A DNA stretch of 64,000 nucleotides, from positions 4,464,001 through 4,528,000 of the forward strand of contig JBLDXI010000009.1 of assembly GCA_047495785.1 (NCBI GenBank), read 5' to 3'. Made by a program: the position numbers and the translations under genes. The DNA comes from Lepidodermella squamata (taxonomy: Eukaryota > Animalia > Gastrotricha). The notes beneath the pieces were generated by a model. That model made no database searches and was not told the DNA's origin. It saw only the letters and a program-made list of their open reading frames with translations. Below, piece after piece: positions 10,542 to 23,268 of the stretch; position 1 is the stretch's first letter, and every line of letters starts with the position of its first letter.

Positions 10542-12828
10542 TCAAAGGGAATGTACGCCTCGCGTACCGAACTGAACAACACTAGGCATGAATGTATTAT
10601 AAATTTGAAAGGTGCACGTCGGTGAGCTGGACGGCTCCCAATGACTGAATCGCCTTGTTGGTCTAAGCGACAACATGGACCTAAAATAGCATCATAATTT
10701 ACGAAAATCAAAAATAGAAAATGCAAGACGTACGCTGTCTCCCCGAAACCACTGCGTGAGATGACTAAAAAATCCATTTTTGTCAAAATGTGCCAGTCGA
10801 GATACGCCTTAGCGTGCAGCTGCCAGTCGTACTCATTCGCAAGATCAATATGAGTCAAGGTCAAATTTTGCGCCTCGCCAGTTGAGAAGAACTTGAAATC
10901 CGCCAAACCTGTCAAATTTTCGCGCAAGATTTCGATTGCCTTCGGCCAATCTGTTGTAGCAAATATCACAATCGATTTTTTTCGGTCGCCGAAGAACTTT
11001 CTAGATCGCAGAATTTCACCATGTACCAACTTCTTAACTTCAATAGCAAAACAATTAATTTGCTCTGGTTTAAGGCGCAACTCTGTGTCCCCGGCAAATC
11101 CGGATAGTTTTTCAGTTCTAAGCTGAACACCGATCTTGACGGAATTGCGCCATATATCCCAACCAACCGTCGCTTCGATAGTTCGGTCGAAAAGTTGGCT
11201 CAATCTTTCCGTCGGTCGGTTGAGGGTGAGCTTCAGAGCTGCTGAGATGAACAAAGGGTATTCGATCTGATCTTTCTTGTGCAAACTTCTTTCTGTGATT
11301 TGTTCGATATTTTCGTTAAATACGCGATTTTTGAACATTGCATCGAGCCCGGAGTAACGATTCGTCAGTAAACCAAGATTTGTGAAGTTCCGCAACACTT
11401 CTTCGACGAAATACTTGCTATTCAGGAATTTGACAAACCACTCCCCAGCGCCCAGATGGTTGAGATAATCGAACGATTCCATAGACTTATTATACTGGAT
11501 TTGATAGCTTCCAGCTGGCATTTCGTAGAAGTCCTCGTTGATCTGGAAATATTCGTTGAGATTCACAGGTTTCTCGATTGAAATGTGGAAAATCCTTTGA
11601 GTAGCTATGGCCATGTAAAATGCTGTAACAAGCCCTCGAAATCTGTCGCCAGTCCCTCCACATGACATATTTATGGAACATAGAGATGTTAGGAACTAAA
11701 AACAATTAACTAAAACTTGAAATCCGTCAGATATTTTAAACTCACCCCAACATTAGGTTGAGTATCGTTCTCTCCAGATTCTTGGATTTTCTTAAAATGA
11801 TCTGAGACTCTGTTCATGTAATTGATTTTGATAGTATGAGCTAGTCGCAGTGCAGCTTGTTGGTATATTTCACTTTGAACTAGGTCATCATCAACTTCCA
11901 GGGTTCTGACGTACTCCAACTCTTCCGGCTCATGTTCTGGCATGAAAAGGCTATCCGTTAGAAAAACATTCTTCGCCTGCCAGATTTGCCAAGTTACATT
12001 TCCCAATTTGTCGTGAAGGCTGTACGGAAATACAACGGAATTCGGCCGGATTTGTCTGACGTAATCGTTGAATTTGGCATGGAACTCAGATCGATCATCA
12101 TCGCGGAGATTCGCGCACATTTCCGAAATTCTATTTCTAGTTCCTCCGAAGAAAAGGCTGGAAAAGTGCGGCGTTGTAGTAAGATTGCTCTCATGTTCTG
12201 TGTAACTCTTCATATGCCTCAAATTGGGAAACGAGTGATGCAGGGAGACTAGGAAATCCGATAGCAGAGAATTCCCAACATCGATCTCCCCTGCGACTTT
12301 GACTGAAGAATCGACTGCGATAATATTATCAACAATGCCGGATGCCAAATGATTTTCCATAATATCTAAAACTAGGCTGCATGGGTTTGAACGACTTGAT
12401 ATCGTTTTGTTGATCAATATGACATCCCGAGGTATTTTCTTGGCATTTTTACGATGAGAAATGATGTAGTACGTCACGCGTACGAAATGGCATCTATCAG
12501 AGGCACTTCCACCCTCGGCTGGTTTATGACTAGTCCCTATGAAGAAATGTCTCGCGGCGTCAACAAATTTCAGCGACTTGTCCAAATAATCCTGTTCGCG
12601 GTTTTTGTTAGAGTTGAACAGAATAACGGCTAATTTAGCTCGCTCGCTGTTGATCGCACAACGCCATGCTGAATTAGCGTAAGCCACGCCGGGTTTCCGG
12701 GTGGAAAGCAGTTCTCCATCTTGCATGAAGAATGAAATAGCGGTTAGATACGCGAACAGGATCAGGGTGCAAGATACTAGAATGACTAGAAAAGCTTGCT
12801 TTGTAGGGTGCATAGATATTTCCTGCAT
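10542..12828 (-). CDS. Two-domain glycosyltransferase, copy 3 (pseudo-GT6 + fucosyltransferase)
   Basis: [49 protein letters not shown] (GT6-like); CGGTGDRFRG, IGVQLR, DWHILTKMDFLVISRSGFGETA; stop at 10542-10544. Confidence 0.8.
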
Positions 12829-13207
12829 CTTTTTACGGTAAGTGTGTGTAAAGCAGCACTCGCTGTGGCGATTTTGCTTCTATTGAGGCAAATAGTGAAG
12901 CTGGGCTCCATTCATCCTTTCATCCTTATTTTCAAAAGAAGCAGTGGAAAACGGTACTTCGGCATCGCCATTCATTAAAATCTTTGAAATGCGAGACTTG
13001 ATTTTCGGTTTAGAGAATAAAATAAGGATCTCTGCACCCTGCTGAAGTGAAGGCTAATAAGATGTGCATTCGCCAACTTCAAAACATTTCAAACATTGAT
13101 TTATCGGAACGTGACTTTCTCCTCAAAGGCTGAGCGGGTGATACATAAATGTTGACGAACAAAATCCTTTCCCTGCCGATAATAAAAATTAATAGAAAAG
13201 AATCCAC

Positions 13208-14425
13208 ATGAATTATACATTTAATAGAACACTTTCGAAATACCCTATCGCTTCGATACTAAATGGCGCTTGGCTAAATGTAAACATACCTGACAGAGGT
13301 TACGACCGAGCTAGGCCCTACTTTGTAGGATTCTACCATGACGTAAGTTCAACATCTGTGCAAGATAGGCTAGGATGGACCCTAGCTTGCAGTCTGATGA
13401 CGTGTCTAACGATAATTTCATCAATCGCAAACGTATTTGTTTTCATTCGACGGGGCGTTAAAAGAGATTTCCTCATCTTGACATGTTTCCTGCGCTTTGG
13501 GAACGTAATTTTCGCAACGTTTTACTCCTATGGGTTGCTGACCACTTTAACAACGGGCTGGTGGAGTTCCTCATCGGAGGCTTGCACAGTCGCTTTCTGG
13601 TTGGTCTGGGCCTCCGGAGGCCTCGGCGTGGTTATGGAAGCTTTGATTTCATACGAGAGACGTCTATGCATATCGTCGAATGCGATCAACTACAAACCTA
13701 GCTCTCTAAAGGTTTACCTACTTTTCAATTTTTAATAGTGGCTTTTATATTCGCTGTTTCAGATTGCTTCGTTAACTCTGCTTTTCACTGTTATTTGTTC
13801 CGTACTCAGTGGAGGTTTCTCTTTTTGGCCATGGCGAACCTTTACAACTCTGAAAATAATCATCACGGGGTCCAATGACGAGCAACCAGTTTTGATTTGT
13901 GCGGATTGGGACTACAGCCTTGACGGCAGCAGTCTAGACACATCAGTACTAATAGTGATCTATTACTCAGTAATGTTCACACCTTCCTCGGTTTACCTGG
14001 CTTACAATTACTGGGTTATTTTCAAAACCATTGATCAATTGAAAAAATCTCACTCAACTACGCAAGGAACGATAGGAACGGCTGATTCAGCTCTTTCCAC
14101 ACGAAAACCGAATTTGACCGAATGGCAGCGGAAAGAGATTTATCTCGTCAAACTATCTTTGACCAGCTACTTTATTTTTGTGGTCAGTTACATTCCCGGG
14201 TTAATATCAGTTATAACCTTTTGCACGTGGTCGTTAGGCTCGTGGTATTTTGAACTGGCAGGGGTCAGGAAATTCGCCCTGTTTTGCGTCATCAGCGGGA
14301 TGTTTTTCAATAATGTACTTCAATGTATCACGCCGTCTCATATTGAAGCGATTTTCGACAAAATAGCTGGATTCAAATCGAAAATGCTTAGATCTGCCGG
14401 TGAAAACCGTATAGCCGCCGAATGA
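13208..14425 (+). CDS. Orphan rhodopsin-like (class A) 7TM GPCR, 2 exons
   Basis: Seven hydrophobic segments; N-glycosylated N-terminus; Cys at top of TM3, ISYERR (DRY-like), ECL2 Cys, SYIP in TM6; intron 13712-13761. Confidence 0.75.
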
Positions 14426-14895
14426 CAACAATTTGCCCTGCTCACGTTGCATTTTTATATAAGAAGGAAACTGTGTAATCGCACTGCTAATATCTGATAT
14501 CGTAACATTTCCTTAAATATTTATATAGACGTCAGCATCATGTTCTGAAATCGTCACTTAGTACCAAATTTTATCATAATAGTTTATATTCTTATTTCAT
14601 CAGCAATTATGAGATCAAAATAGAAAAAAGGAGAAAAAGTGAAAAAAGAGTGCTGGCGATTATCAGAAAACACTCCCCGTTGCACCGGCGATGGTGTAAA
14701 AATCTCAATTTCGATCAAGGGTGGATAGGACCTGAAACAAAGTGAAATCGAAGCAGAATTGGACTTTTCAGCTCAGCGGATATCATGAGGAGGATGAATG
14801 TAACGTCGCTGTTCCGCATGTCATCTTTGTTCTATTTCTTTTTTGCCTATATTACTTGGCACTCAAGATCTTTCTTACATTTTTAATTTCGCAGC

Positions 14896-16412
14896 ATGAA
14901 TCGTTCAAATCACACTAGCAACCTAACTCTTTTGGACTACCATCTTGGACTACCGGCTTTTATGCTGAACGGCGCTTGGTTCAACGTCAACATTCCTGAT
15001 AGGGGATTTGGCGAAGCGAGGCCCTTCTCTGTCGGATTCTACCATGACGCCGCTTCAAAGACAATGCAAGAGAGGCTAGCCTGGACTACAGCCAACACTT
15101 TGGTGACCTGTCTCGCTATTATTTCATCCATCCTAAACGTGCTCCTATTCTTTCGACGGGGCGTTAAAAGAGATTTTCTGATACTAACTTGTTTCTTGCG
15201 CATAAGCAACGCCGTCTTCTCTTCTTGCTATTGCTACGGGCTGTTGGTAACTTTATCAACGGGATGGTGGGATTCGACACCAGAAGCCTGCACGGTTTCC
15301 CTGTGGCTTGTCTTTGCTGCTGCAGGTGTCGGAGTTGTCTTGGAAGGTCTGATCTCTTATGAACGACGCCTTTGTATATCGTCGAACACGGTCAATGGCA
15401 AATCCAGCACTTACAAGGTAGTGGAAATCACATAATAATCTTGAAATATTATTGAAAAATAACCCTAAGTATATCACAAAAAATGTGGGGAATCTTGTTC
15501 ATTGTTATCGCAGTTGTAGTCTTCTTTCCCAGTTCATCATTGGAAAACAGTGGCTTTTCAGACGCCACCAACCTCAGTCGTCTCCAGAATAATTATCCAT
15601 TTACATTTACAGCAATTTCCGTTTAAGATCAAGTTGCTGGCATTATAATGACTTGAATTTCATAGCAGTGATTTGGAAGATGATCATTACATAATATGCG
15701 CTTCAAACAAGTAATAAACAGGAAACCTCGATCGAATACATCCCCACCCTCCTCCACCCCCTTCAAAAGATAGCTTCTCACCTTCCGGGAAAATTTCCAA
15801 ACCTGATCATTTTATGAAAGTTGGCAACAAAAGAAAGTTAGGATAACTAATTCGAGAGTTAGATAATGCATAACAGACCTTCTGTAAGTAGATAACTGGG
15901 ACCTCGGCAATATGGATACATTAGTCCTCCTCCTGTGTAATTACGCCATTATGTTCTTACCTTCGTCAGCATTCCTGGCTTACAATTATTGGATTATCTT
16001 TAAAGCGATTGATAATATCACTCTGGGCACTGTCACGCAAATATCAGGAACGCAACTTGATACTGTGAATTCATCATCTTCCAAACGAGAAGCGAGACAT
16101 CTCAGAAAATGGCGACGGAAGGAGATTTATCTTGTCAAAACGTCATTGACCAGCTATTGCATTTTTGTGGTCAGTTACATTCCTGGACTGATAACCGTTT
16201 TATCCCTTTGCACATGGTCGCTAGGCTCGTGGGCGTTTTTACAGGCTTCGGTGATAAAATTTGGATTTTTCTTTTCTTTCTGTGGAATCGGTTTCAATAA
16301 CGTCCTGCAATGCGTCACGCCGGCTCATTTCGAGAAGATTTTCGACAAAATATCGCGATATAAATTCAAATTCTTTAGATTTTTAAATCGGAACAATGTT
16401 TCAGCCGCGTGA
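14896..16412 (+). CDS. Paralogous class A GPCR; TM4/ECL2-coding part not recognisable (possibly disrupted)
   Basis: Exon 14896-15417 and ORF 15912-16412 closely match the upstream paralogue; 15418-15890 lacks the homologous TM4 sequence. Confidence 0.6.
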
Positions 16413-16882
16413 TAGCAGTCCACTCTCTCACAAAATATTTATTATCATTAAAGATCGAATTGGGAAATTTAACACTGAAATAAAAGTAAGGAATCGAAGG
16501 CAATCAGGCCAATAATTTTTACAATAATAGCATTACACAGATGTTTTTCTCACGAGTCGAATAGTCCAATCGGACAATGTCGTGCCTTAACCTGGATTTC
16601 GGGATTTTCTATCAACAGAACGAAGATGAATGAGTCACTGGAGGTCTAAATTTAGCCGAATTAACCCTTGTGACCGGCTACTATTTCGGTTTTGTCTTAT
16701 TATTTTGAAGCGCGTCGTACCCTTTCATGTCAAATTAGCACTACGGCACGCTAGCCTACGAGTAAATGTAATCAAGGAGGCAACTTTTAGGAGGACTCAT
16801 CTTCAAAGCTATGCTAGATTTTTCGAGTTTTCATTTCTGTAGAATTTCTCGTGTGACCTATCTTGAGTTCCGATTTCAAAAA

Positions 16883-19573
16883 ATGAGGATGAGACTACAC
16901 TTTTACCTTTTAATCAGCTCATATATTTCAATCGTTCTAACTGATCCGGTTTTTTGGAACGCTTCTATGGATCCAATCCTTCGACCTACAACCAATCTGA
17001 GGCGTAATCTAACCCGAGTTAACATCCTCGCAGCTGTAAACTACGGCGGTAGCTATCCCGCAGGTCCTCTTTGCACGAAAGCTATTGAGCTCGCATTAGA
17101 TCGACTCAGCTTTCAGCCAAGCCTGTTGAAAAACTATGAACTCGGTGTAGAACTAATAGACGATCAGGTATAGATGCCAAGAGTTAGTGTAAATTTCGCA
17201 TGATGTAATATCTTATGTTCAGTGTGACGATGCAGCCGCAGTTCAGCGGGCTACAAGAGCGATGAGAATGGGCGATCAGAGTCAAAATCGTTTGCCTGTA
17301 ATGTCAATTAGTGACTGCGCAGGAAGAGCCCAGCCTTTAATTGCTCAAATTATCAAGAATTTTGGTTACGTAGGGGTAAGCGTCTCATCTGCAGAAATGC
17401 ATGTGTTTCATTTAAGCATTATAGGTCACAAACTCTCTGCAGAAAGCCTCAATACAAAAGGAAGAACTGTACAGCTCGATATTTCCTTTGATAGTTCACC
17501 GTCTAGAAGGTGTCATGGCAATGGCTCATTTGATGAAGCATTACGGCTGGAGCCGTTTGGCTATCCTTTCTGAAGAGTTGTCTTTCTTCGATTTCGCAGA
17601 TAGCGTCATCTACGATTACTTCCCACGCCTAAACATCACGATATTATCCCTTTCGAAAATATCATTCAATACAAGTAAGCAAGAGGAGATGCAAGCAGCA
17701 ATGGAGCATCTGAAGAGTAATGAGCCGAGAGTCATCTTTTCAAACACAGACACACCTGTTAACACGGCCTGTTGGTTTCATCGTTATGGGATTCGAGGGC
17801 CAAATTATGCTATCCTGGCCAGTGTTTGGAGCAATTTTAACCCGGAGACGGCCGAGATTCCTGAATACATAAGGTCCTGGTGCAGTAGAGAAATGATAAG
17901 AGAGGTAAGCTTTTCTTGCTTCATTTTATTCCCGTCTACCATATTTTAGTCACTCAGAGGATTTTAGGCTTTGTTCCTTTGTTCCTTTTTAAGATGGCTG
18001 AAAATTGGATCTATTATCTCGTCGGTTCCATTCGAGATCTATACGGACAAGACTATCAAGACTCGACAGGGCAAACTGGTTATCAATTCACCGATGAAAT
18101 GCTGAAAAAGGTGGTGAATGCGAACAAAAACCCGGCATGGGCTGTTTGGTCACCAATTTGTTATGATTTGACCTTATACATAGGTTATGTATTGAACACA
18201 ACTGAATCCCTCCTAGCCAATCGATTCAACTCAACTTTGAGTGATTGGTCAACAGGTTCTCAGAACTTCAGAGAGGATTCCTCGAAATTTGTTGATATAT
18301 TGAAAGAAGCTATATTCACAACTAGAGTAACAGCTGGAAAGGGTATCTACCATATCAATCGAGAAACTGGCTTGAACACCAATGGTTTCTCGCCAACGAT
18401 ATTCTCGCAACAACAGTATGTTAATGGGTCCTACAAGAGGATCAATGTTGGCTACTACAGAATCAGCGATAGATCTGTTATTCAGTTGAACGAAGGCGTC
18501 AAATGGTCGACGTCGGACTGGAAACCTTTCAAAGACCGTGTTTCTATCATCCCCGTTGAAAAACCCCTTGTTTCATTGGTCAGCTACGGAGTGTTGGCTG
18601 CAATCAGTAGTCTCGCGATCATCGCTGGAATAGCCTATGTATTCCTTATTGGGCTGAACTCGATCGCTATCGAGGAATCAATGATCCTTTGTGGATCATG
18701 TTTGATGCTAGTCCAGTCTTATTCTTTGCCATTCGGTGTTGGGGCGAAAGTAGCCCCTTATTGCAATGCGATGGCGATCTTGGTTCTATTAGGGTTCCCT
18801 TTTCCCGTAATAGCTGTACTGTATAAGATCAATCGCGCTATGTGTGATTCCTTGGTTAACCTGGCAAAGAATTCGAGAAACTCTCGAAATTCAATCGCTG
18901 TTATCCACTCTCACAAATTGAAAATGTTTTCCATTCTTGCATGTATGCTATTGCAAATCGTACTCTTAGTCTCTGGTTTTCTTCGGGAAGAAGAATTTCT
19001 CGAGAAAACTGTTGAATATCCGAGGTATTATTCTCAAGATGGCACGACTGCTTGGACCCCCTTCCAGCATCAGTGCACCTTCCTCTACTCTAGCTCATAC
19101 GTGATTTCAGCATTGGTTGGCCTCGATGGTCTCTCCGTAATACTAACATGCTTCAAAATTCTCCAAATGAGGATGGTAAGTGTTGTATACCATTTTACTA
19201 TGATCAATTTTCAAATTTGCCATACGAAGTTTCTAGCGCACCTGAATGATGAGAAGAAAGCCTTTGGTCTAGTTCACTTCACGCGCGTTGCATCAGCAGT
19301 TTATTGCGAAATTTTAGTGGGCATCGGGTGCTGTATGATAATGTTCATATTACCCGGCTCTGAAACGATAGTTGTTATCTCCAGTTTATGCGTAGCACTG
19401 TCCGCCATTAATATTGGAGCCCTCTATTACCCAAAGGTGAGTTCTACACTCTGCGCTTTGCTGAAGCATCATAGTCTTTTTCATTCTATTTGCAGATCGA
19501 GTTACACTTCGTTGATCCTGGTTCTACTCCGCGAATTGCAGCATTCGCTGCCAGAAGATCGACGTGGATGTGA
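16883..19573 (+). CDS. Class C (GABA-B-like) GPCR copy 1: Venus-flytrap domain + 7TM, no cysteine-rich domain
   Basis: Signal peptide; AIELALDRL..QPSLLKNYEL...DDQCD; HYGWSRLAIL; PRVI; 7 TM segments ending YYPK; C-terminus STWM*. Confidence 0.8.
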
Positions 19574-19884
19574 TGCAGAATATACGTCATTTGTGGGTTA
19601 CAAGAGAACAACCTTTTAGAGAGTAAGGAATTTCCTATCGCTATCTAGACATGCCACGAAGGAAGAATAAATAAGTGATGTAGCATGTGATACACTCAGA
19701 CACAAAGATCGTTCGCGATTTTTTAATCAGAATCAGAAGCTCCCGTGAGCGAATTGCACTAAAAAGTACCCGTCGAACAACACCTCCCCTATCCTGAAAC
19801 GCTCTTCCGCTTTCGAGCGCGACACATTTAAATCACGCACAACAACAGATCATGATCATTTTATTGCTATTTTTTATCGTGAGA

Positions 19885-22503
19885 ATGATATCATTACTGA
19901 TCATCTCAACTATTCTGATCGCAACCGCGAATAGTACGGTAATTAGCCCAGTGTTATTAAACGCTACCATGGAGCCTCTGATAACATCCACCTTGAATAC
20001 TTCTAACCTTACCCCTTTGAACATTCTGGCAGCTGTTAACTACGGCGGAATGATATTACCAGCTGGTCCTGTTTGCTCGAAAGCGATCGAATTAGCACTC
20101 GAAAGACTTAGCTCTCAGCCAAACTTTCTCGCTGGTTACAACTTAGGCGTTGAGCTCATTGATGATAGGGTAAAACTCGTCTAACTTCACAGTTTAATAA
20201 CTCACAAAATTGTCTGTAATAGTGCGATGATGCTACAGCGGTACGACAAACCACTTTGAGGCTCCGGCAAGACAACACCACATCGAACACGTTACCTGTC
20301 CTTTTGATTGGCGAATGTTCCGGGCGAGCTCAGCTTATAGAGTCCCAGTTAACAAAATATTTCAACTTTATAGGAGTAAGCCTTAGGCGTAAGGGTAAAT
20401 GTTTCTCTGCATATGAACTATTTTAACTAGATCACAAATGCTCTACAAAAGATTACGATAAAAAAAGAGCCGAGGTACAGCTCTGTATTTCCTCTAATCG
20501 TCCACCGTTTGGAGGGTTTCATAGCTATGGCTCAGCTGATAAAACAAAACGGCTGGAGCCAGGTGGCTATCATTTCAGAGGACTCAGCGTTCTTCAACGG
20601 AGCAGATCAACTTATTTTCGAGCACTTCCCAAGTCAGAATATCACTGTCCTTTCACTGTCGAAAATCTCTGCCCAAATACAAAGTGAGGAGGAGATGTTA
20701 CCGGTCATGAACGATCTCAGGAAGTTTGAACCTAGAGTGATCCTATCAAATACTAACAACCCCGTTAACGTTGCTTGCTGGCTGCATCGCTCCGGGATGA
20801 ATGGACCGAATCTGGCGATCCTTGCAAGTCTGTGGAGTGCGTTCAACCCAGATACGGTTGCCATTCCTAGTTACCTTCAACCATGGTGTACCAGGGATAT
20901 GTTGCGTGGCTTAGCTGAGAACTGGTTATACTACCTTGTTGGTTCTGTTCGAGATCTGTATGGCCAGACGTATGAAGATTCCACTGGGCTAAATGGGCTC
21001 CAATTTAATGCCCAAATGTTGAACAAAGTTGTGAATGGGAACAAAAGCCCAGCTTGGTCAGTGTGGCCGTCGTTATGCTACGAACTTACGCTATACACAG
21101 GATACATTCTGAACTCGACAGAAAACTTACTGAAATCACAATTTAATTCAACCTTGAAAGACTGGACGACTGCTACTGACAATTTCAAAAGAAATGGCGT
21201 GAATTTCGTTGAATCGATGAAGGAGGCAATGTATTCAACCAAGGTCATTGGTGGTAAGGGGGAGTATCTCATGGATCGAGATACAGGACTTAACACTAAA
21301 GGATTCGCCCCTACAATATTTTCCCAACAGCAGTACCGTAAAGAAGGACTTACAAGGGTGAACATTGGCTACTACAAAAACAGTGATAGAAATATAGTCC
21401 CCCTTAATGGCGGCATCAAATGGTTAACATGGGACCGGAAGCCTTTTAGAGACCAATTTCAAATAGTTAACCTGGAGATAGCCCCTGTTGACGTAGCAAT
21501 TTTTGCAACATTAGTTGGTCTATCTTGCCTTGGAATAACAGGTCTAGTTTATTTGCTAGTTCGTAACGTCAGGTCTTTTCAATTTGAGGATTTCTTGCTT
21601 CTCGGCGGATCGTTCACTATGCTAGTTCAGAACTTCGTTATTCCTTATGAAGAGACACCAGTACTTGCTTCGCACTGCAATGGCATAGTTGGGCTCATCT
21701 TTATTGGATATTGCATGTCGATCACCTCAATTGGGTTAGTCATTCACGAGATGCTAATACCACTCTCTTCGCAACGCCGCCGCAAACACAAGCGTCAAAA
21801 CTCTCAAGATGAAAAGGCCCGAATTCAAATGGGAAGATTTCGCTCCTGTTTGTGGATACTTGCGATAATTGTTATGGTCATTGCTTTTTCAAGCATCGGA
21901 GGATTTGAAACCACTCAAACAATTTTGCCTCGTATTGTTTCGGATGATGGGACGACTGTTTTCATTCCGATTAGGCTTCAATGCCAATTATACTCGAATC
22001 CAATGGCTAGTTTCGCTATTTTTCTAGCAATAATAGGCTTGGAATCTCTGGGAATTTTCTGGATGAGTTTCAAGCTTCTTCAGCTGAGGACAGTAAGGAT
22101 GCCTTTTGTTCGGTTTACCAGAATAAATTTTTATTTTTATCAGATGATTCGGTCAGTTGATCAGGCCAATCAAGTGCAATTTCTGCCAAGGTTCAAACGA
22201 ATCGCGCTAACAGTTTATTGCGAGCTCTTGGTATTAATCGCAGGCGTGGCGATTGGAGAAGCAATATCGGCTGCTTACACAATAATTTTAGCCTCGTGCA
22301 CTGCAACTGTAATTGCCTTCATCCATTCCGCGTCACTCTATTTCCGAACGGTAAGTAAAATGCTGAATTTTACAGTCAATCGTAATTTCAATGAATTATT
22401 ATTCAAGAATCGACATGCTACTACTTCACTTGAGATTGATCTACACAGTATCGCGACAGGTACAACAGATCGAACACTCACGAAAACTGCGGCATGGGCT
22501 TGA
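19885..22503 (+). CDS. Class C (GABA-B-like) GPCR copy 2
   Basis: Collinear paralogue: AIELALERL, NGWSQVAII, EPRVILSN, FAPTIFSQQQY, 7TM. Confidence 0.8.
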
Positions 22504-23268
22504 ATTACCCATTCCTGTCTGACTAGGTCAATACAGATGTTTTGCGTAGTGTTCAAGATCCTTGAACCTTAGGAGTTAATTTCCTCGCGCTGACTAGTAT
22601 CAATGAATAATGAATGCTTTGTTATTTCCTGAAATGGTCTGTATTATTGATTTCTGTTACCTGTTTTCCCTATTCTGGATCAGATTCGCTGCAACTCAAT
22701 ACTCAACAATGAAAGAATAGAGGCCAAACTCGAGTTTCACAATTTCAATTAGATGGACTCGTGTTTGAAACCCTAAACCGTAATAGAAAGAATTTTCGGA
22801 AATTAAGTGCAGTTCTATCTGTGAGACTGAGGGGCCTGAGGATAGCACGCTGTGTCCCGCGTCCCTGAAACACGGCGAGTTCTTTGTTGGATGACGCAAG
22901 GAAGTGTTTCAATTCTACTTGAATCTTTGCAACAAAACAAAATAGAATGAAAACTGAAAAAAGTATCCACGTTTTCTTTGTCGTGAGTGGTCAGATAGAT
23001 AGTCGCTCTGTTATCTGTTCCTAGCTTTTTTCATTTTTTAGCCGGTGCACTTATCTTTGCACAGATAAGCACCGCACAACTTACCCTGCGTGACTGAGCT
23101 GTCAAAAACATTGTATCCGCTCCTCGACAACTCACAAATATTCCGCCATTCACTCACTACCAATAAAGAAAACCGGAAGGCGAGATGGTCGCAAGCAAAT
23201 ACTCGGTTCGTATATTGCTTTGATTTTGCTTTGCTATTGTAAACCAACTTTTAGTCTGAAATAAAATC

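Noticed and set aside
5961-12828. Six separate glycosyltransferase genes, or frameshift/readthrough recoding between the ORFs
   Set aside because: Canonical GT-AG introns of about 50 bp join the ORF pairs in frame through the GDRxRG region
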